A stretch of DNA of 64,000 nt. Source: an uncultured Candidatus Entotheonella sp. Its GTDB lineage: Bacteria; Tectomicrobia; Entotheonellia; Entotheonellales; Entotheonellaceae. Each line of letters begins with the position of its first letter. Positions within the stretch are counted from its first letter, which is position 1. The notes beneath the pieces were generated by a model. The model had not been told where the DNA came from. It did no database searches and was given only the letters and a program-made list of their open reading frames with translations. Both the position numbers and the translations under genes were made by a program. This document shows, piece by piece, positions 10,360 to 20,513 of this stretch. The stretch lies in assembly GCA_965215335.1 (NCBI GenBank), contig CBDCDA010000002.1:384001-448000 (forward strand), in the 5' to 3' direction.

Positions 10360-11076
10360 TCAGAACCCGAACCACCCGTCCTGCGGCAACAGGTTTTGCC
10401 TGAAGGCGTCGTACAGCTTGACATCGCCTACCTCCTGGATGAAACTCGTCAGTTCCGGCACGAAGAAAAACAACAGGACGAGGGTGGCGGCGATAAGCGC
10501 GATGGAGGCCTTCAGATACGTGAAACTGACCGGTTTCAGCGCCGTGCCGAACGACTTCTTCAAGCGGACTCCCATCATGTCCACGCTGTACAGTTCATCG
10601 AGAAGTAAGTGAATCAAATAGCCGATCATGATGAAACCGCCTGAGAGCCACGCCAGAGCGCTGGGCAGCGCAAAGGCCTTGTGCAGCAACGTGGCGTTCA
10701 GAAAGCAGAAGAACACCGCCGCGAGCAGGGAGTGAAAGACACCGCGGTGCACGGTGAATCGTTTGAACAGCTCGAAGATGAGATAGCGCACGATGAGGAA
10801 TACGGCGACCCACAGAAGAAGCGCTTCGACTATCGAGTAGGCGCCGATTTTGCTGAAGACGCTGAAGAACGCCGCCAGGGTAGCCAGACAACTGAACAGG
10901 ATATTGACGGGAATGGAATGGTCGGAATCGATGTCGGGCAGGATGCCGCCGACCGTTCCCATGGTGAAGAGCAGCAGCGCATCTCTCGGCTCGGCGAGGC
11001 CCGTCTGCAAGCACCCTACCGCCAGGACGCCGCTGAGGGTTCCAGCCACCGACAGATGGGTTTTGAAGTCTGCCAT
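10360..11076 (-). CDS. Membrane-bound metal-dependent hydrolase (YdjM/LexA-binding inner membrane family)
   Basis: MADFKTH, LPDIDSD, HRGVFHS, GYLIHLLLDE motifs with several TM segments. Confidence 0.85.
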   Translation of the reverse strand: MADFKTHLSVAGTLSGVLAVGCLQTGLAEPRDALLLFTMGTVGGILPDIDSDHSIPVNILFSCLATLAAFFSVFSKIGAYSIVEALLLWVAVFLIVRYLIFELFKRFTVHRGVFHSLLAAVFFCFLNATLLHKAFALPSALAWLSGGFIMIGYLIHLLLDELYSVDMMGVRLKKSFGTALKPVSFTYLKASIALIAATLVLLFFFVPELTSFIQEVGDVKLYDAFRQNLLPQDGWFGF

Positions 11077-11208
11077 TTGAGGTGATGTCCTTGAGTGTGG
11101 GCTGAAGCCGTGCTGAGGACGAGGGCCGCGGAAATGCGGCCCTCGTGGCGGCATTGTATACCGTGCAGTTTCAGGCGTGCAAACCGCGCCGCACCTTGGA
11201 GAAAACAG

Positions 11209-12192
11209 ATGACAGCCATCCCGTCATTTGACGGCGTTCAAGAAGCGGCAGCCCGTCTTGAGGGGCTGGTGCACCGTACCCCGGTGCTGACCTGTTCCAG
11301 CCTGGACGACCGGGTCGGCGCGCAGGTCTTCTGCAAGTGCGAGAATTTCCAGAAGGCGGGCGCCTTCAAGTTCCGCGGCGCATGCAATGCCGTCATGTCG
11401 CTATCGGACGCCGAAGCCAAGCGGGGCGTCGCCACCCATTCGTCGGGCAACCATGGCGCCGCCCTGGCCTTGGCGGCGCGCTTGCGCGGCGTGCCGGCCC
11501 GCATCGTCATGCCCACCAATGCGCCGGAGAGCAAGAAGGCTGCCGTGGTCGCTTACGGCGGTACGATTGTGTATTGCGAACCGACCCAGGAAGCGAGGGA
11601 GGCCGCCCTGGAAGCCGTAGTGCGCGAAACTGGGGCCGCCTTCATCCATCCCTACGACAACGCCAAGGTCATCGCCGGCCAGGGCACCACGGCCCTGGAA
11701 CTCTGTGCCGAGGTGCCGGAACTCGACGTGATTCTGGTGCCCGTGGGCGGTGGCGGCATGATAAGCGGCACGGCGCTGACCGTGGCGGCGCGCAGCCCCG
11801 GCACCCAAGTCGTAGCGGCGGAACCCGAGGCGGCGGACGATGCCTATCGTTCGCTGGCGGCCGGCAAGATTCTGCCGGCGAATTATCCGAACACGGTTGC
11901 GGACGGTTTGCGTACGTCGCTTGGCGAACTCACCTTTGCCATTATCCAGCGCCACGTGGCGCAGATCGTCACCGTGAGCGAAGACGCCATCGTCGCGGCA
12001 ATGCGTTACGTGTGGGGGCGCATGAAGATCATCATCGAGCCGTCGTCCGCCGTGCCCATCGCCGCCCTGCTCGACAACCGCCTGGACTTGTCCGGCAGAC
12101 GCGTTGGCGTCATGCTGACCGGCGGCAACGTCGACCTGGGACGGCTGCCTTGGCCCGCTGCGCCGTCGCCAGCAGCTCGGAAACAGTGTTGA
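11209..12192 (+). CDS. PLP-dependent threonine/serine dehydratase or serine racemase family
   Basis: KCENFQKAGAFKFRGA, SSGNHG, PVGGGG, EPSSA, TGGNVD. Confidence 0.92.
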   Translation: MTAIPSFDGVQEAAARLEGLVHRTPVLTCSSLDDRVGAQVFCKCENFQKAGAFKFRGACNAVMSLSDAEAKRGVATHSSGNHGAALALAARLRGVPARIVMPTNAPESKKAAVVAYGGTIVYCEPTQEAREAALEAVVRETGAAFIHPYDNAKVIAGQGTTALELCAEVPELDVILVPVGGGGMISGTALTVAARSPGTQVVAAEPEAADDAYRSLAAGKILPANYPNTVADGLRTSLGELTFAIIQRHVAQIVTVSEDAIVAAMRYVWGRMKIIIEPSSAVPIAALLDNRLDLSGRRVGVMLTGGNVDLGRLPWPAAPSPAARKQC

Positions 12193-12207
12193 TAACGAGG
12201 GAGTGCC

Positions 12208-13716
12208 GTGAGCAAGCAGCACGACATCATCATCATTGGCGCCGGCAACGCCGCCCTGTGCGCGGCCATCGCGGCGCGTGAGCAGGGCGCCAGCGTTCTG
12301 GCCCTGGAAAAGGCGCCCGAGTACTTCCGCGGCGGCAATACCTATTTCACCGGTGGCATCATCCGCTGTGCCTACAACGGCCTCGCCGACCTCAAGCAAC
12401 TCATTCCCGACCTGTCGCCGCAGGAGGAAGCATCGGTCGAGGTCGGACAGTACACCGAGGACGACTTTTATGACGACCTGATGCGGGTTTCCAATGGCCT
12501 CGCCGACCCCGATCTGGCGCAGATTCTGGTGCGCGAGTCGTTCCCGACGCTCAAGTGGCTGCAGGAACGTGGCGTGCGGTTCGTGCTCGCTTTCGGGCGC
12601 CAGGCGTTCAAGCGCGGCGACAAATACCACTTCTGGGGTGGCCTGCCGGTGGAAGCTGTGGGTGCCGGCAAGGGCCTGTCGGACCAGCAATTCGAGGTGG
12701 CGGAACGCCTGGGCGTCGACATCCGCTACGGCACCAAGGGCGTGCGGCTGCTGCAGGATCAACAGGGCGGGGTAACGGGCGTGACCGTGCAGGGACCGCA
12801 GGGGTTTGAGACTCTGTACGCCGAGGCCGTCATCCTGGCCTGCGGCGGCTTTGAGTCCAACGCCGAGATGCGCACGCGCTACCTCGGCCCGGGCTGGGAG
12901 TTGGCCAAGGTGCGGGGCATCCCCTACAACACCGGCGACGGCATTCGCATGGCGCTGGACATCGGCGCCCAGCCGTACGGTCACTGGAGCGGCTGCCACG
13001 CCGTGGCCTGGGACCTGAATGCGCCGCCGACTGGCGACCGTACCATCACGGAGTTGTATCAGAAACATTCTTACCCGTTCGGCATCATCGTCAACGCCGA
13101 GGGCAAACGTTTCGTCGACGAAGGGGCGGATTTTCGCAATTACACCTATGCCAAGTACGGGCGCGAGATTCTGCGTCAGCCGCTGGGCATGGCGGTGCAG
13201 ATTTTCGACGACAGGGTGAAGCACCTGCTGCGCGACGAGTACCACATTCCCCAGGTGTCCAAGGCGGAGGCCGACACGATTGCGGACCTCGCGGACCAAT
13301 TGGGTATCGACCCCGACGGGCTGCAGCAGACCGTCGCGGCATTCAACGCCGCGGTGCGGCCGGGCGACTACAATCCCACCGAGCTCGACGGCAAGGCGAC
13401 CCAGGGCATTGAGCCGCCCAAGTCCAACTGGGCCTTGCCCATCGACACGCCGCCGTTCGTCGGCTACGCGGTGACGTGCGGCATCACCTTCACCTTCGGC
13501 GGGCTACGCATCGACACGCGCGGGCAGGTGCTCGACAGCGAGGGCAATCCCATAGCCAACCTGTACGCCGCCGGGGAACTGGTCGGCGGGGTCTTTTATC
13601 ACAACTATCCCGGCGGCTCCGGACTGACCTCCGGCGCCGTGTTCGGCCGCCTGGCGGGCGCCAGCGCCGCCACAGACATCGCCGGACGGGTGCAGGGCGT
13701 ATGGCATTGCACGTGA
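12208..13716 (+). CDS. FAD-dependent tricarballylate dehydrogenase TcuA-like flavoprotein
   Basis: GAGNAALCAA, RGGNT, ACGGFESN, NTGDG, GKRFVDEG, GITFTFGGL, YPGGSGLTSGAVFGR. Confidence 0.85.
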   Translation: MSKQHDIIIIGAGNAALCAAIAAREQGASVLALEKAPEYFRGGNTYFTGGIIRCAYNGLADLKQLIPDLSPQEEASVEVGQYTEDDFYDDLMRVSNGLADPDLAQILVRESFPTLKWLQERGVRFVLAFGRQAFKRGDKYHFWGGLPVEAVGAGKGLSDQQFEVAERLGVDIRYGTKGVRLLQDQQGGVTGVTVQGPQGFETLYAEAVILACGGFESNAEMRTRYLGPGWELAKVRGIPYNTGDGIRMALDIGAQPYGHWSGCHAVAWDLNAPPTGDRTITELYQKHSYPFGIIVNAEGKRFVDEGADFRNYTYAKYGREILRQPLGMAVQIFDDRVKHLLRDEYHIPQVSKAEADTIADLADQLGIDPDGLQQTVAAFNAAVRPGDYNPTELDGKATQGIEPPKSNWALPIDTPPFVGYAVTCGITFTFGGLRIDTRGQVLDSEGNPIANLYAAGELVGGVFYHNYPGGSGLTSGAVFGRLAGASAATDIAGRVQGVWHCT

Positions 13717-14501
13717 TCGTGACGGCCAAGCAGGTGATCGACCCCGACATGCCGTTGTCGGCCATGCGCATTGCCGATGACGCCCGGCAGGTGGTGACGC
13801 CGGCCACGTTCCCCCCGGTCGTGAACGGTTTCGACGAGGTTGCCGTGGAGGCGGCGCTGCGGCTCAAGGACCATCAGGGCGCCAAGGTCACCGTCCTTTC
13901 CGTGGGCGGTCAGTTCAACCTGGACATCATCAAAAAGCCGCTGGCCATGGGGGCCGATGCCCTGGTCTTGTGCCAGGACGCGGCCTTCGCCGATCTGTCG
14001 GACAGTTTTGTCACCGCGCAGGTGCTGGCCGCAGCGGTTCGCAAGATCGGCGCCTTTGACCTGCTGCTGTGCGGGCGTCAAGCCTCGGATTGGGACAACG
14101 CCCAGGTGCCGTTCCTGCTCGCCGACATGCTCGACGTGCCGTGTCTCCCGCTGGCGCAGAAAGTGGACGTTGAGCCGGACCGCGTGGTCGTCGAGCAGTT
14201 GGTCCCCGATGGCTACGACGTGGTTGAAACCGCTTTGCCGGCCCTGGTGACCGCAAGCAACGAGCTCGGTGCGCCGCGCTATCCGAACATGCGAAACCTG
14301 ATGGCCGCGAAACGAAAGCGCCCTGTGGTCTGGACGTGTGCCGATCTGGAACTGGATGCCGCTGCCCTGTCTGCCCGCGTGGAGGTCCGCGAGTTGCTGT
14401 TGCCGCGGCGCACCCGGGAATGCGAATTCATCGCCGCTGAAGATGGCGCCGCCGCCGGGGAAAAGTTGGCCGCAACGCTTCACGAGGCTGGTCTGATCTG
14501 A
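13701..14501 (+). CDS. etfB: Electron transfer flavoprotein beta subunit
   Basis: KQVIDP, NGFDEVAVEAAL, AMGAD, CGRQASDWDNAQVP, PRYP; ATG overlaps the end of the tcuA-like gene. Confidence 0.93.
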   Translation: MALHVIVTAKQVIDPDMPLSAMRIADDARQVVTPATFPPVVNGFDEVAVEAALRLKDHQGAKVTVLSVGGQFNLDIIKKPLAMGADALVLCQDAAFADLSDSFVTAQVLAAAVRKIGAFDLLLCGRQASDWDNAQVPFLLADMLDVPCLPLAQKVDVEPDRVVVEQLVPDGYDVVETALPALVTASNELGAPRYPNMRNLMAAKRKRPVVWTCADLELDAAALSARVEVRELLLPRRTRECEFIAAEDGAAAGEKLAATLHEAGLI

Positions 14502-14524
14502 GTTGTTGCACAGGAGCAACGCGC

Positions 14525-15514
14525 GTGGCAGCAGGACGAGGGGTGTTGATCGTTGGAGAGGCCGGTAACGGGCATTTGAGCCCGACAACTGCCGAACTCC
14601 TGGCGGCCGGCCGGGCGCTACTGCGGAGCCTTGAAGGGGAACTGGCGGCAGGGCTTGTCGGGCATGACTTGGCGACGCTGGCGGCGGAAGCGTTGGCCGC
14701 CGGCGCCGAACGGGTCTACATGGTGAATGACACGCTGTTGCAGGACGCGCCGGCCGACCTGTGCCTGAGTGCGCTGGCTGGACTCTGTCAGGCAACCACG
14801 CCGGAAATCATCCTCTTTGCCCGTTCGGCCTGGGGCCGTGAGTTGGCGCCGCGCCTGGCATGCCGGCTGGGTGTCGGCCTGTTGCAGGACTGCCTGGAAG
14901 TGGGCATCGATCCCAACGGCGGGCGCTTGACGGCGCTCCGGCCAGTATATGGCGGCAATTTTTTGGCCCGCGTGCGATGCGCCGCTTCTCCGCAGATAGC
15001 GGTCCTGCGTTCGCAGGCTTACGAACCGCTGGCGCCGGACCCGAGCCGTCAGGGCGAAGTCGTGGCCGTGCCGGTAACCCTCGACGCCTCGCAGCCGCGC
15101 GTTCGGGTGGCGCGGCGCGTCCGCCATGAGCATCCGGGTGTCAGCCTGACGGAAGCCCGTGTCGTCATTTCCGGGGGCCGCGGGCTGGGTGGCCCGGAAC
15201 CTTTCCGCGACCTGGAAGAACTGGCCGGCATGCTCAGGGCCGCGGTCGGCGCCTCGCGCGCCGCAGTAGACGCCGGTTGGGTTCCTGGCCACTGGCAAGT
15301 CGGCCTGACCGGGACCACGGTGACACCGGAACTCTACCTCGCCGTCGGCATTTCGGGCGCCAGCCAGCACATGGCCGGGTGCTCCGGCGCCAAGGTGATT
15401 GTGGCGATCAACACGGATGCCGAGGCGCCGATCTTTCGGGAAGCGCGCTACGGCGTCGTTGCCGATTGGCGGGCGGTGCTGCCGGCCCTCATGGAAGCCG
15501 TGCGCGGCTTATAA
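14525..15514 (+). CDS. etfA: Electron transfer flavoprotein alpha subunit
   Basis: [43 protein letters not shown]. Confidence 0.95.
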   Translation: MAAGRGVLIVGEAGNGHLSPTTAELLAAGRALLRSLEGELAAGLVGHDLATLAAEALAAGAERVYMVNDTLLQDAPADLCLSALAGLCQATTPEIILFARSAWGRELAPRLACRLGVGLLQDCLEVGIDPNGGRLTALRPVYGGNFLARVRCAASPQIAVLRSQAYEPLAPDPSRQGEVVAVPVTLDASQPRVRVARRVRHEHPGVSLTEARVVISGGRGLGGPEPFRDLEELAGMLRAAVGASRAAVDAGWVPGHWQVGLTGTTVTPELYLAVGISGASQHMAGCSGAKVIVAINTDAEAPIFREARYGVVADWRAVLPALMEAVRGL

Positions 15515-15537
15515 AGGCAGGGAGGAGGTGTCACAGC

Positions 15538-16230
15538 GTGGAGATTCGCATCGGCAGCCTGTTGCGCGGCGCCCAAGAGGCCGTGGGGACGACGATCATC
15601 ATTGACGTTTTCCGCGCCTTCACGACCGCGGCGGTGGCCTTTGCGCGTGGGGTCGAGAAAATCATCCTGGTGGCGGAAGTCGAGGAGGCCCTGGCCTTGC
15701 GTCGCCAGGGCATCGGGCAACTCTGTATGGGCGAGGTCGCCGGCGTCAAACCCGACGCCTTCGACCACGGCAATTCTCCCCACGAACTCGAAAGCGAGGA
15801 GCTGACGGGCAAGACGGTCATTCAATCGACCCGCGCCGGCACCGTCGGCGCCACCGCGGCATCGGCGGCCGAGAGACTCTACCTGGGATCGTTCGTCACC
15901 GCCGCAGCGACCGTGCGTGCCATCCAGCAGCAACAGCCCGACTTGGTCAGCATCGTGGCGATGGGCTATGCCTCCAAGCAACGCGCCGATGAAGACGAGC
16001 AATGCGCCCTGTACCTGCGCAACCGCCTGCAAGGCCGCCAGCCCGACCCCGATGCGGTCCGTCAATTGGTACTCGTGGGCCACGAAGCCCAGAAATACGA
16101 CGACCCCGCCCAGCCACAATTCCATCCCCAAGACAAAGACCTGGCTTTGCACATCGACCGCTATGCCTTTGCCCTTCCCGTCACCCGCGAAAACGGCCTG
16201 CTGGTCGCCCGACCGCAGCCGAGGCCGTGA
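15538..16230 (+). CDS. 2-phosphosulfolactate phosphatase (ComB) family protein
   Basis: IIDVFRAFTT, GEVAG, FDHGNSP, STRAGT, DEDEQCA; GTG start after GGAGG. Confidence 0.85.
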   Translation: MEIRIGSLLRGAQEAVGTTIIIDVFRAFTTAAVAFARGVEKIILVAEVEEALALRRQGIGQLCMGEVAGVKPDAFDHGNSPHELESEELTGKTVIQSTRAGTVGATAASAAERLYLGSFVTAAATVRAIQQQQPDLVSIVAMGYASKQRADEDEQCALYLRNRLQGRQPDPDAVRQLVLVGHEAQKYDDPAQPQFHPQDKDLALHIDRYAFALPVTRENGLLVARPQPRP

Positions 16231-16244
16231 GGCAAGCGACCACC

Positions 16245-16460
16245 TGCCGGATACACCGTTGTTCGGATTGAACCACAGCAAATGAGAACGTCCCTCGCGC
16301 TTGAGGCGACAACCGTGTGTCTCCGCAGATGTCGGGTCAAGCTGCTCCGTTTCACGGAAGGGTGCTCTCGGATGGCTTGCGGCGGCACACCACGCAAGCC
16401 TTCCTCCCGACGATCTTCAGGGCAATAGGCGATATACCATTCCTCGTCCGACAACCTTTC
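16245..16460 (-). pseudogene. Decayed HicB-HicA type II toxin-antitoxin module
   Basis: HicB-like EEWYIAYCPE joined directly to DRREEGLRGVPPQAIRE (internal deletion); HicA-like MKRSSLTRHLRRH, +2 nt, then GCRLKREGRSHLLWFNP, truncated. Confidence 0.7.
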
Positions 16461-16478
16461 GCGGGGACAAACCGAACG

Positions 16479-17381
16479 TCAAGTATTCCGTGCCGCGGGG
16501 TCTTCCGCAAATTCGATGCCGCACCACGCCTCCCACAGCGTCGCCAGCGAGGCGTAATCCAGGTTCTCCAGCCCGCTGGCGGCGGCGATTTCGTACGGCG
16601 TGTGCGACGCCTGAATGGCGTACAGCGGCACGCCCATCTGCCGGGCGATTTCGAGCGCCAGGGTGGAATCCTTGCGGGCATTGAGGACGGACATGCCGCC
16701 GTCGTAGTGCCCGTGCATCATGCGCTCACAGACCCGGTGGGTGAGTGGGCGCTTCAGACCCGCCTCGCCTTCCAGCAGATCGACCAGGGTTGGCATGGGA
16801 ATGTCCAGCTTGGCGGCCAGGGCGGCTGCTTCGATCAACACCACCATGACCGCGTGCATCACCGCGTTGTTCACCACCTTGGCGCCCATGCCCGCGCCGA
16901 CCGGACCCAAGTGCATGATTTTTTTGGCCATGGGCACGAGCACGGGCCGGGCCTGTTCCACGTCCGCCGGCTCGCCGCCGACCAGAAAGGTGACCTGCCC
17001 GGCGGCCATCGCTGCCACGCCGCTGGCGATTGCCGCGTCCACGAAGCGCACTTGGCGCGTGCGGCACAGGCCGTCCAGAGTCTGTACTGTCTGGGGCGTG
17101 ACGGTGCTCGTTTCAATGATGAGGTCGGGCACCCGCTCGCCCGCCAGGAGTTCGGTCACCACGGCCTGCGAAATATCCGGTGCCGGTAGTGACAGGATGA
17201 TCCGCCCGGCGCGGGCCGCCACCTCGGTCACCGAGTCGACGCACTCAATCGCCAGCCCCGCCACCGCTTGGCGGCGGCTTGGGTCGCGGTCGTAGCCGAC
17301 CAGCGGCAATTTTCCCGACAGAGCCGTGGCAAGCGCAGAACCGGCATTGCCGAGGGCGATCATGCCGATCGCATCTGACAT
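16479..17381 (-). CDS. NAD(P)-dependent oxidoreductase, 3-hydroxyisobutyrate dehydrogenase family
   Basis: Degenerate Rossmann (IALGNAG), ETSTVTP, VDAAIASG, GPVGAGMGAKVVNN, RKD. Confidence 0.85.
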   Translation of the reverse strand: MSDAIGMIALGNAGSALATALSGKLPLVGYDRDPSRRQAVAGLAIECVDSVTEVAARAGRIILSLPAPDISQAVVTELLAGERVPDLIIETSTVTPQTVQTLDGLCRTRQVRFVDAAIASGVAAMAAGQVTFLVGGEPADVEQARPVLVPMAKKIMHLGPVGAGMGAKVVNNAVMHAVMVVLIEAAALAAKLDIPMPTLVDLLEGEAGLKRPLTHRVCERMMHGHYDGGMSVLNARKDSTLALEIARQMGVPLYAIQASHTPYEIAAASGLENLDYASLATLWEAWCGIEFAEDPAARNT

Positions 17382-17456
17382 GACGTGCTCCTTTCCTGGT
17401 ACGGGACCTCCCCTTTCGGTGCCGCGAGGCGTTCTGCTACCCGCCACGCCGCCGCA

Positions 17457-17485
17457 TTGACTCCCTGTCGGGCTTTGTTTACCAT
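17457..17485 (+). promoter_or_regulatory. Putative sigma70 promoter for the amidohydrolase gene
   Basis: TTGACT-N17-TACCAT. Confidence 0.5.
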
Positions 17486-17572
17486 GTGCGGCCAATTTTG
17501 TGAAACTTGAAGCCTTGGACGCCGGCCTGCAGCAGGCCGGCGCGGCACCTATTGCGCACACAGGAGAAAGCG

Positions 17573-18715
17573 ATGGCCGCCTTCAATCTCATCTCAGCCG
17601 ATTCCCACATTGTTGAGCCGCCCGATCTTTACGCCACCCGAATCGAGCCGAAATTCAGGGATATCGCCCCGCGTCTGGAGCGGCACCGCACACGCCAGGG
17701 CCGGGAATACGACGCCTGGTATCTCAACGGCCTGCGCTGCGGCACGGTGGGCTCCGTCATTCAGGCCGGCAAGCGTTTTGAGGCCCCCGGTTCGCTGGAC
17801 TTCCTGGGCCTCTGGGAAGACGTGAAGAAGGCGGCTTACGAGCCGCATGCGATGATCGAGGAATTGGAAGTCGACGGGGTATGGGGCGCCTGCCTGCAAC
17901 CGAGCCAGGGGCTCTTCTGGTACCGTCTTGACGACAGCGCCCTGCTGACGGCTCTGTGTCGCGCCTACAACGATTGGATCACCGATTTTTGCAGCGCCGA
18001 TCCCAAACGGCTCAAGGGCATCGCCATGCTGAACGTCGACGATGTCGACGAAGCCTGCTACGAGCTGGAGCGGTGCGCCAAAATGGGCTTGGTCGGCGCC
18101 TTCATTCCCGTTTATCCGCTGCCGGACCGGCCGTATCGGCATGCCATTTACGACCGCCTGTGGTGGACCGCACAGGACGCCAACATGCCATTGATGCTGC
18201 ACATCGGCACCAACCGGGTCGGCATTCCCGGCTGCGAATTCACCATCGACATCAATGAGATCACGGCCGCCGGGTTTGCCACCATGGATCATTGGGTGCG
18301 TTACTCGCTCACCGCCATGATTTTCGCGGGGGTTTTCGAGCGCTACCCGCGCCTGAAGGTCGGCTCGGTGGAACACGAGACCGCCTGGGTGCCCCACTGG
18401 CTGCAGCAGATGGATTTTACCTGTCGCGAACGGCCCCTCATCAACCAGCGCTGGCGCTCACGCGAGGGCATGCTGCCCAGCGATTACTGGCAGCGCAACA
18501 TGTTCGTGGAGTTCATGGAGGACGAGATCGGTATTCGGTTGCGCGACTTGATCGGCACGGGCAACATGTTGTGGGGCAATGACTTTCCGCACGCGGAATC
18601 GACATGGCCGCGCTCACAGCAATTTCTCGACCGTATCTTTGCCGATGCGCCCGAAGAGGCGCGCCGCAAGATCACGGCCGATAATGCGGCCAAGATGTTC
18701 GGTTTCGACGGCTAG
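17573..18715 (+). CDS. Amidohydrolase family protein (Amidohydro_2)
   Basis: SADSHIVEPP, AYNDW, LHIG, GVFERYP, WGNDFPHAES. Confidence 0.9.
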   Translation: MAAFNLISADSHIVEPPDLYATRIEPKFRDIAPRLERHRTRQGREYDAWYLNGLRCGTVGSVIQAGKRFEAPGSLDFLGLWEDVKKAAYEPHAMIEELEVDGVWGACLQPSQGLFWYRLDDSALLTALCRAYNDWITDFCSADPKRLKGIAMLNVDDVDEACYELERCAKMGLVGAFIPVYPLPDRPYRHAIYDRLWWTAQDANMPLMLHIGTNRVGIPGCEFTIDINEITAAGFATMDHWVRYSLTAMIFAGVFERYPRLKVGSVEHETAWVPHWLQQMDFTCRERPLINQRWRSREGMLPSDYWQRNMFVEFMEDEIGIRLRDLIGTGNMLWGNDFPHAESTWPRSQQFLDRIFADAPEEARRKITADNAAKMFGFDG

Positions 18716-19119
18716 ACATGGTGGGCGGGTGCCTGGCAGCGGGTTTGCAGTGGCGAGTGAAGCGGCGGCCTGCTGTTCCGCGCCCAGAGCAGATCAAAGC
18801 GGCGCATGATGTCGGCTAACCTGGCATCCTCCTGAGCCACTGTGCGAAGGGTGTCGGGCATCCGCCGGGTCAACCCTCCTCGTTCGATGAATCCGACTCC
18901 TGCACGTCGATGCGCCACACGCCGTCCGTCATCCAGCACGTCCTGCAAGGCTCTCCCCGCTTCCTGGATCTGAACATGATCGGACCTCTCTCGGCATGCC
19001 CGGGAATGAGGATCATGTATATATCCTGAACATCGGCGCCCATGCGAACGCTAGTTGCCTGCCTTATAATGCAGCCTCGCCAACCAAGTCCAGCCGTCCA
19101 ACCCAAAAGGGAAAAACTC

Positions 19120-20484
19120 ATGGTCAGCACCAAGCCGCCAAGCGGCATGCGGGATTACTTGCCGGAGGTCGTCCGCAAGCGTCGTTACGTCATTGCAAAG
19201 ATCGAACGCATCTTCCAGCAGTACGGGTTCCTGCCCCTGGAAACCCCTGCGATGGAGAACCTGACGACGCTGCTCGGCAAGTACGGAGCCGAGGGCGACC
19301 GGCTGCTGTACCGTATTCTGCATCGCGGCGACAAGCTGACACGCGCCTTGGCCCAAGATGGGGTGCAACCGGCCGACTTGGCGGAATTGGGGCTACGCTA
19401 CGACCTGACCGTGCCGCTGGCACGGGTCGTGGCCCAGTACGGACACCAGCTTCCCCGCTTCTTCAAACGCTACCAAATCCAGCCGGTGTGGCGTGCCGAC
19501 CGCCCTGCCAAGGGCCGTTTTCGCGAGTTTTATCAGTGTGACGTGGACGTCACCGGAACCCGGTCCCTGATCGCCGAAGCCGAGGTGCTGAACGCCATCA
19601 GCGACGTGCTGCAGGACCTCGGCTTTCGCAACTGCACCATCGCCATCAACCATCGCGTCCTGTTGCGCAGCATGATCGAAGGCGCCGGACTGGCGCCGGA
19701 TCAGGAAGAAACCGCCTTGGTGGCCATCGACAAGCTAGACAAAATCGGCGTGGACGGGGTGCAGAACGAACTTGTAGAGCGTGGCATTCCGGCGACGGCA
19801 GCAAGCCGCCTGCTGGATTGTACCGTCGTGTCCGAGGCAAGCGACAACCTCCAGTGGCTCAAGGATTTACGCGACCTCCTACCGCTGGCGCCTGCCCAAC
19901 AGGCCCTCGATGACCTCGAAAACCTCTTCTGCCTCACCGCTGAGGCGTCCAGCGCCCCTCTGCTGCGTCTGACGCCGGGTTTGGCGCGTGGTTTGAGTTA
20001 TTACACGGGGCCTATTTTCGAAATCGTCTCCGGCGATTTCAGTGGTTCGTTGGGCGGCGGGGGGCGATACGACAATCTGGTCGGCATGTTCAGCGGCAGA
20101 CAGGTGCCGGCGGTCGGCTTCTCCCTCGGCCTCGATCGCATCCTGCTGATCATGGACGAGCACGGCCTGTTTCCAGATATGCCTATCTCTGCCGACGTGA
20201 TGGTCTGTCCATTGCCCGGGACGCCGTTAGCGCCCGTCATCGGGCTGGCGGCGCGGCTGCGCCAGGGCGGCGTCAGGGTCGAGTTGTACCCGGAACAGGC
20301 CAGGTTGGGACGCCAACTCGCCACGGTGGATGATCTGGGAATCCCTTGCGCCCTGATCCTCGGTCCCGATGAGCTCGCCCAGCAGAAATACACCCTGAAG
20401 CATCTGGCGTCCGGCGCGCAGCGGCGTCTGGATGAAGCCGGCCTGCTTGACACGCTCTCCAGCAGTCCCCGTCCCACCCCGTAA
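19120..20484 (+). CDS. hisS: Histidine--tRNA ligase
   Basis: GMRDYLP, LRYDLTVP, WRADRPAKGRFREFYQCD, LARGLSYYTG, GGGRYD, anticodon-binding C-domain; TATAAT at 19065-19070. Confidence 0.97.
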   Translation: MVSTKPPSGMRDYLPEVVRKRRYVIAKIERIFQQYGFLPLETPAMENLTTLLGKYGAEGDRLLYRILHRGDKLTRALAQDGVQPADLAELGLRYDLTVPLARVVAQYGHQLPRFFKRYQIQPVWRADRPAKGRFREFYQCDVDVTGTRSLIAEAEVLNAISDVLQDLGFRNCTIAINHRVLLRSMIEGAGLAPDQEETALVAIDKLDKIGVDGVQNELVERGIPATAASRLLDCTVVSEASDNLQWLKDLRDLLPLAPAQQALDDLENLFCLTAEASSAPLLRLTPGLARGLSYYTGPIFEIVSGDFSGSLGGGGRYDNLVGMFSGRQVPAVGFSLGLDRILLIMDEHGLFPDMPISADVMVCPLPGTPLAPVIGLAARLRQGGVRVELYPEQARLGRQLATVDDLGIPCALILGPDELAQQKYTLKHLASGAQRRLDEAGLLDTLSSSPRPTP

Positions 20485-20513
20485 CCGGAACCGCACCCGG
20501 CGGCATCCGCCTC

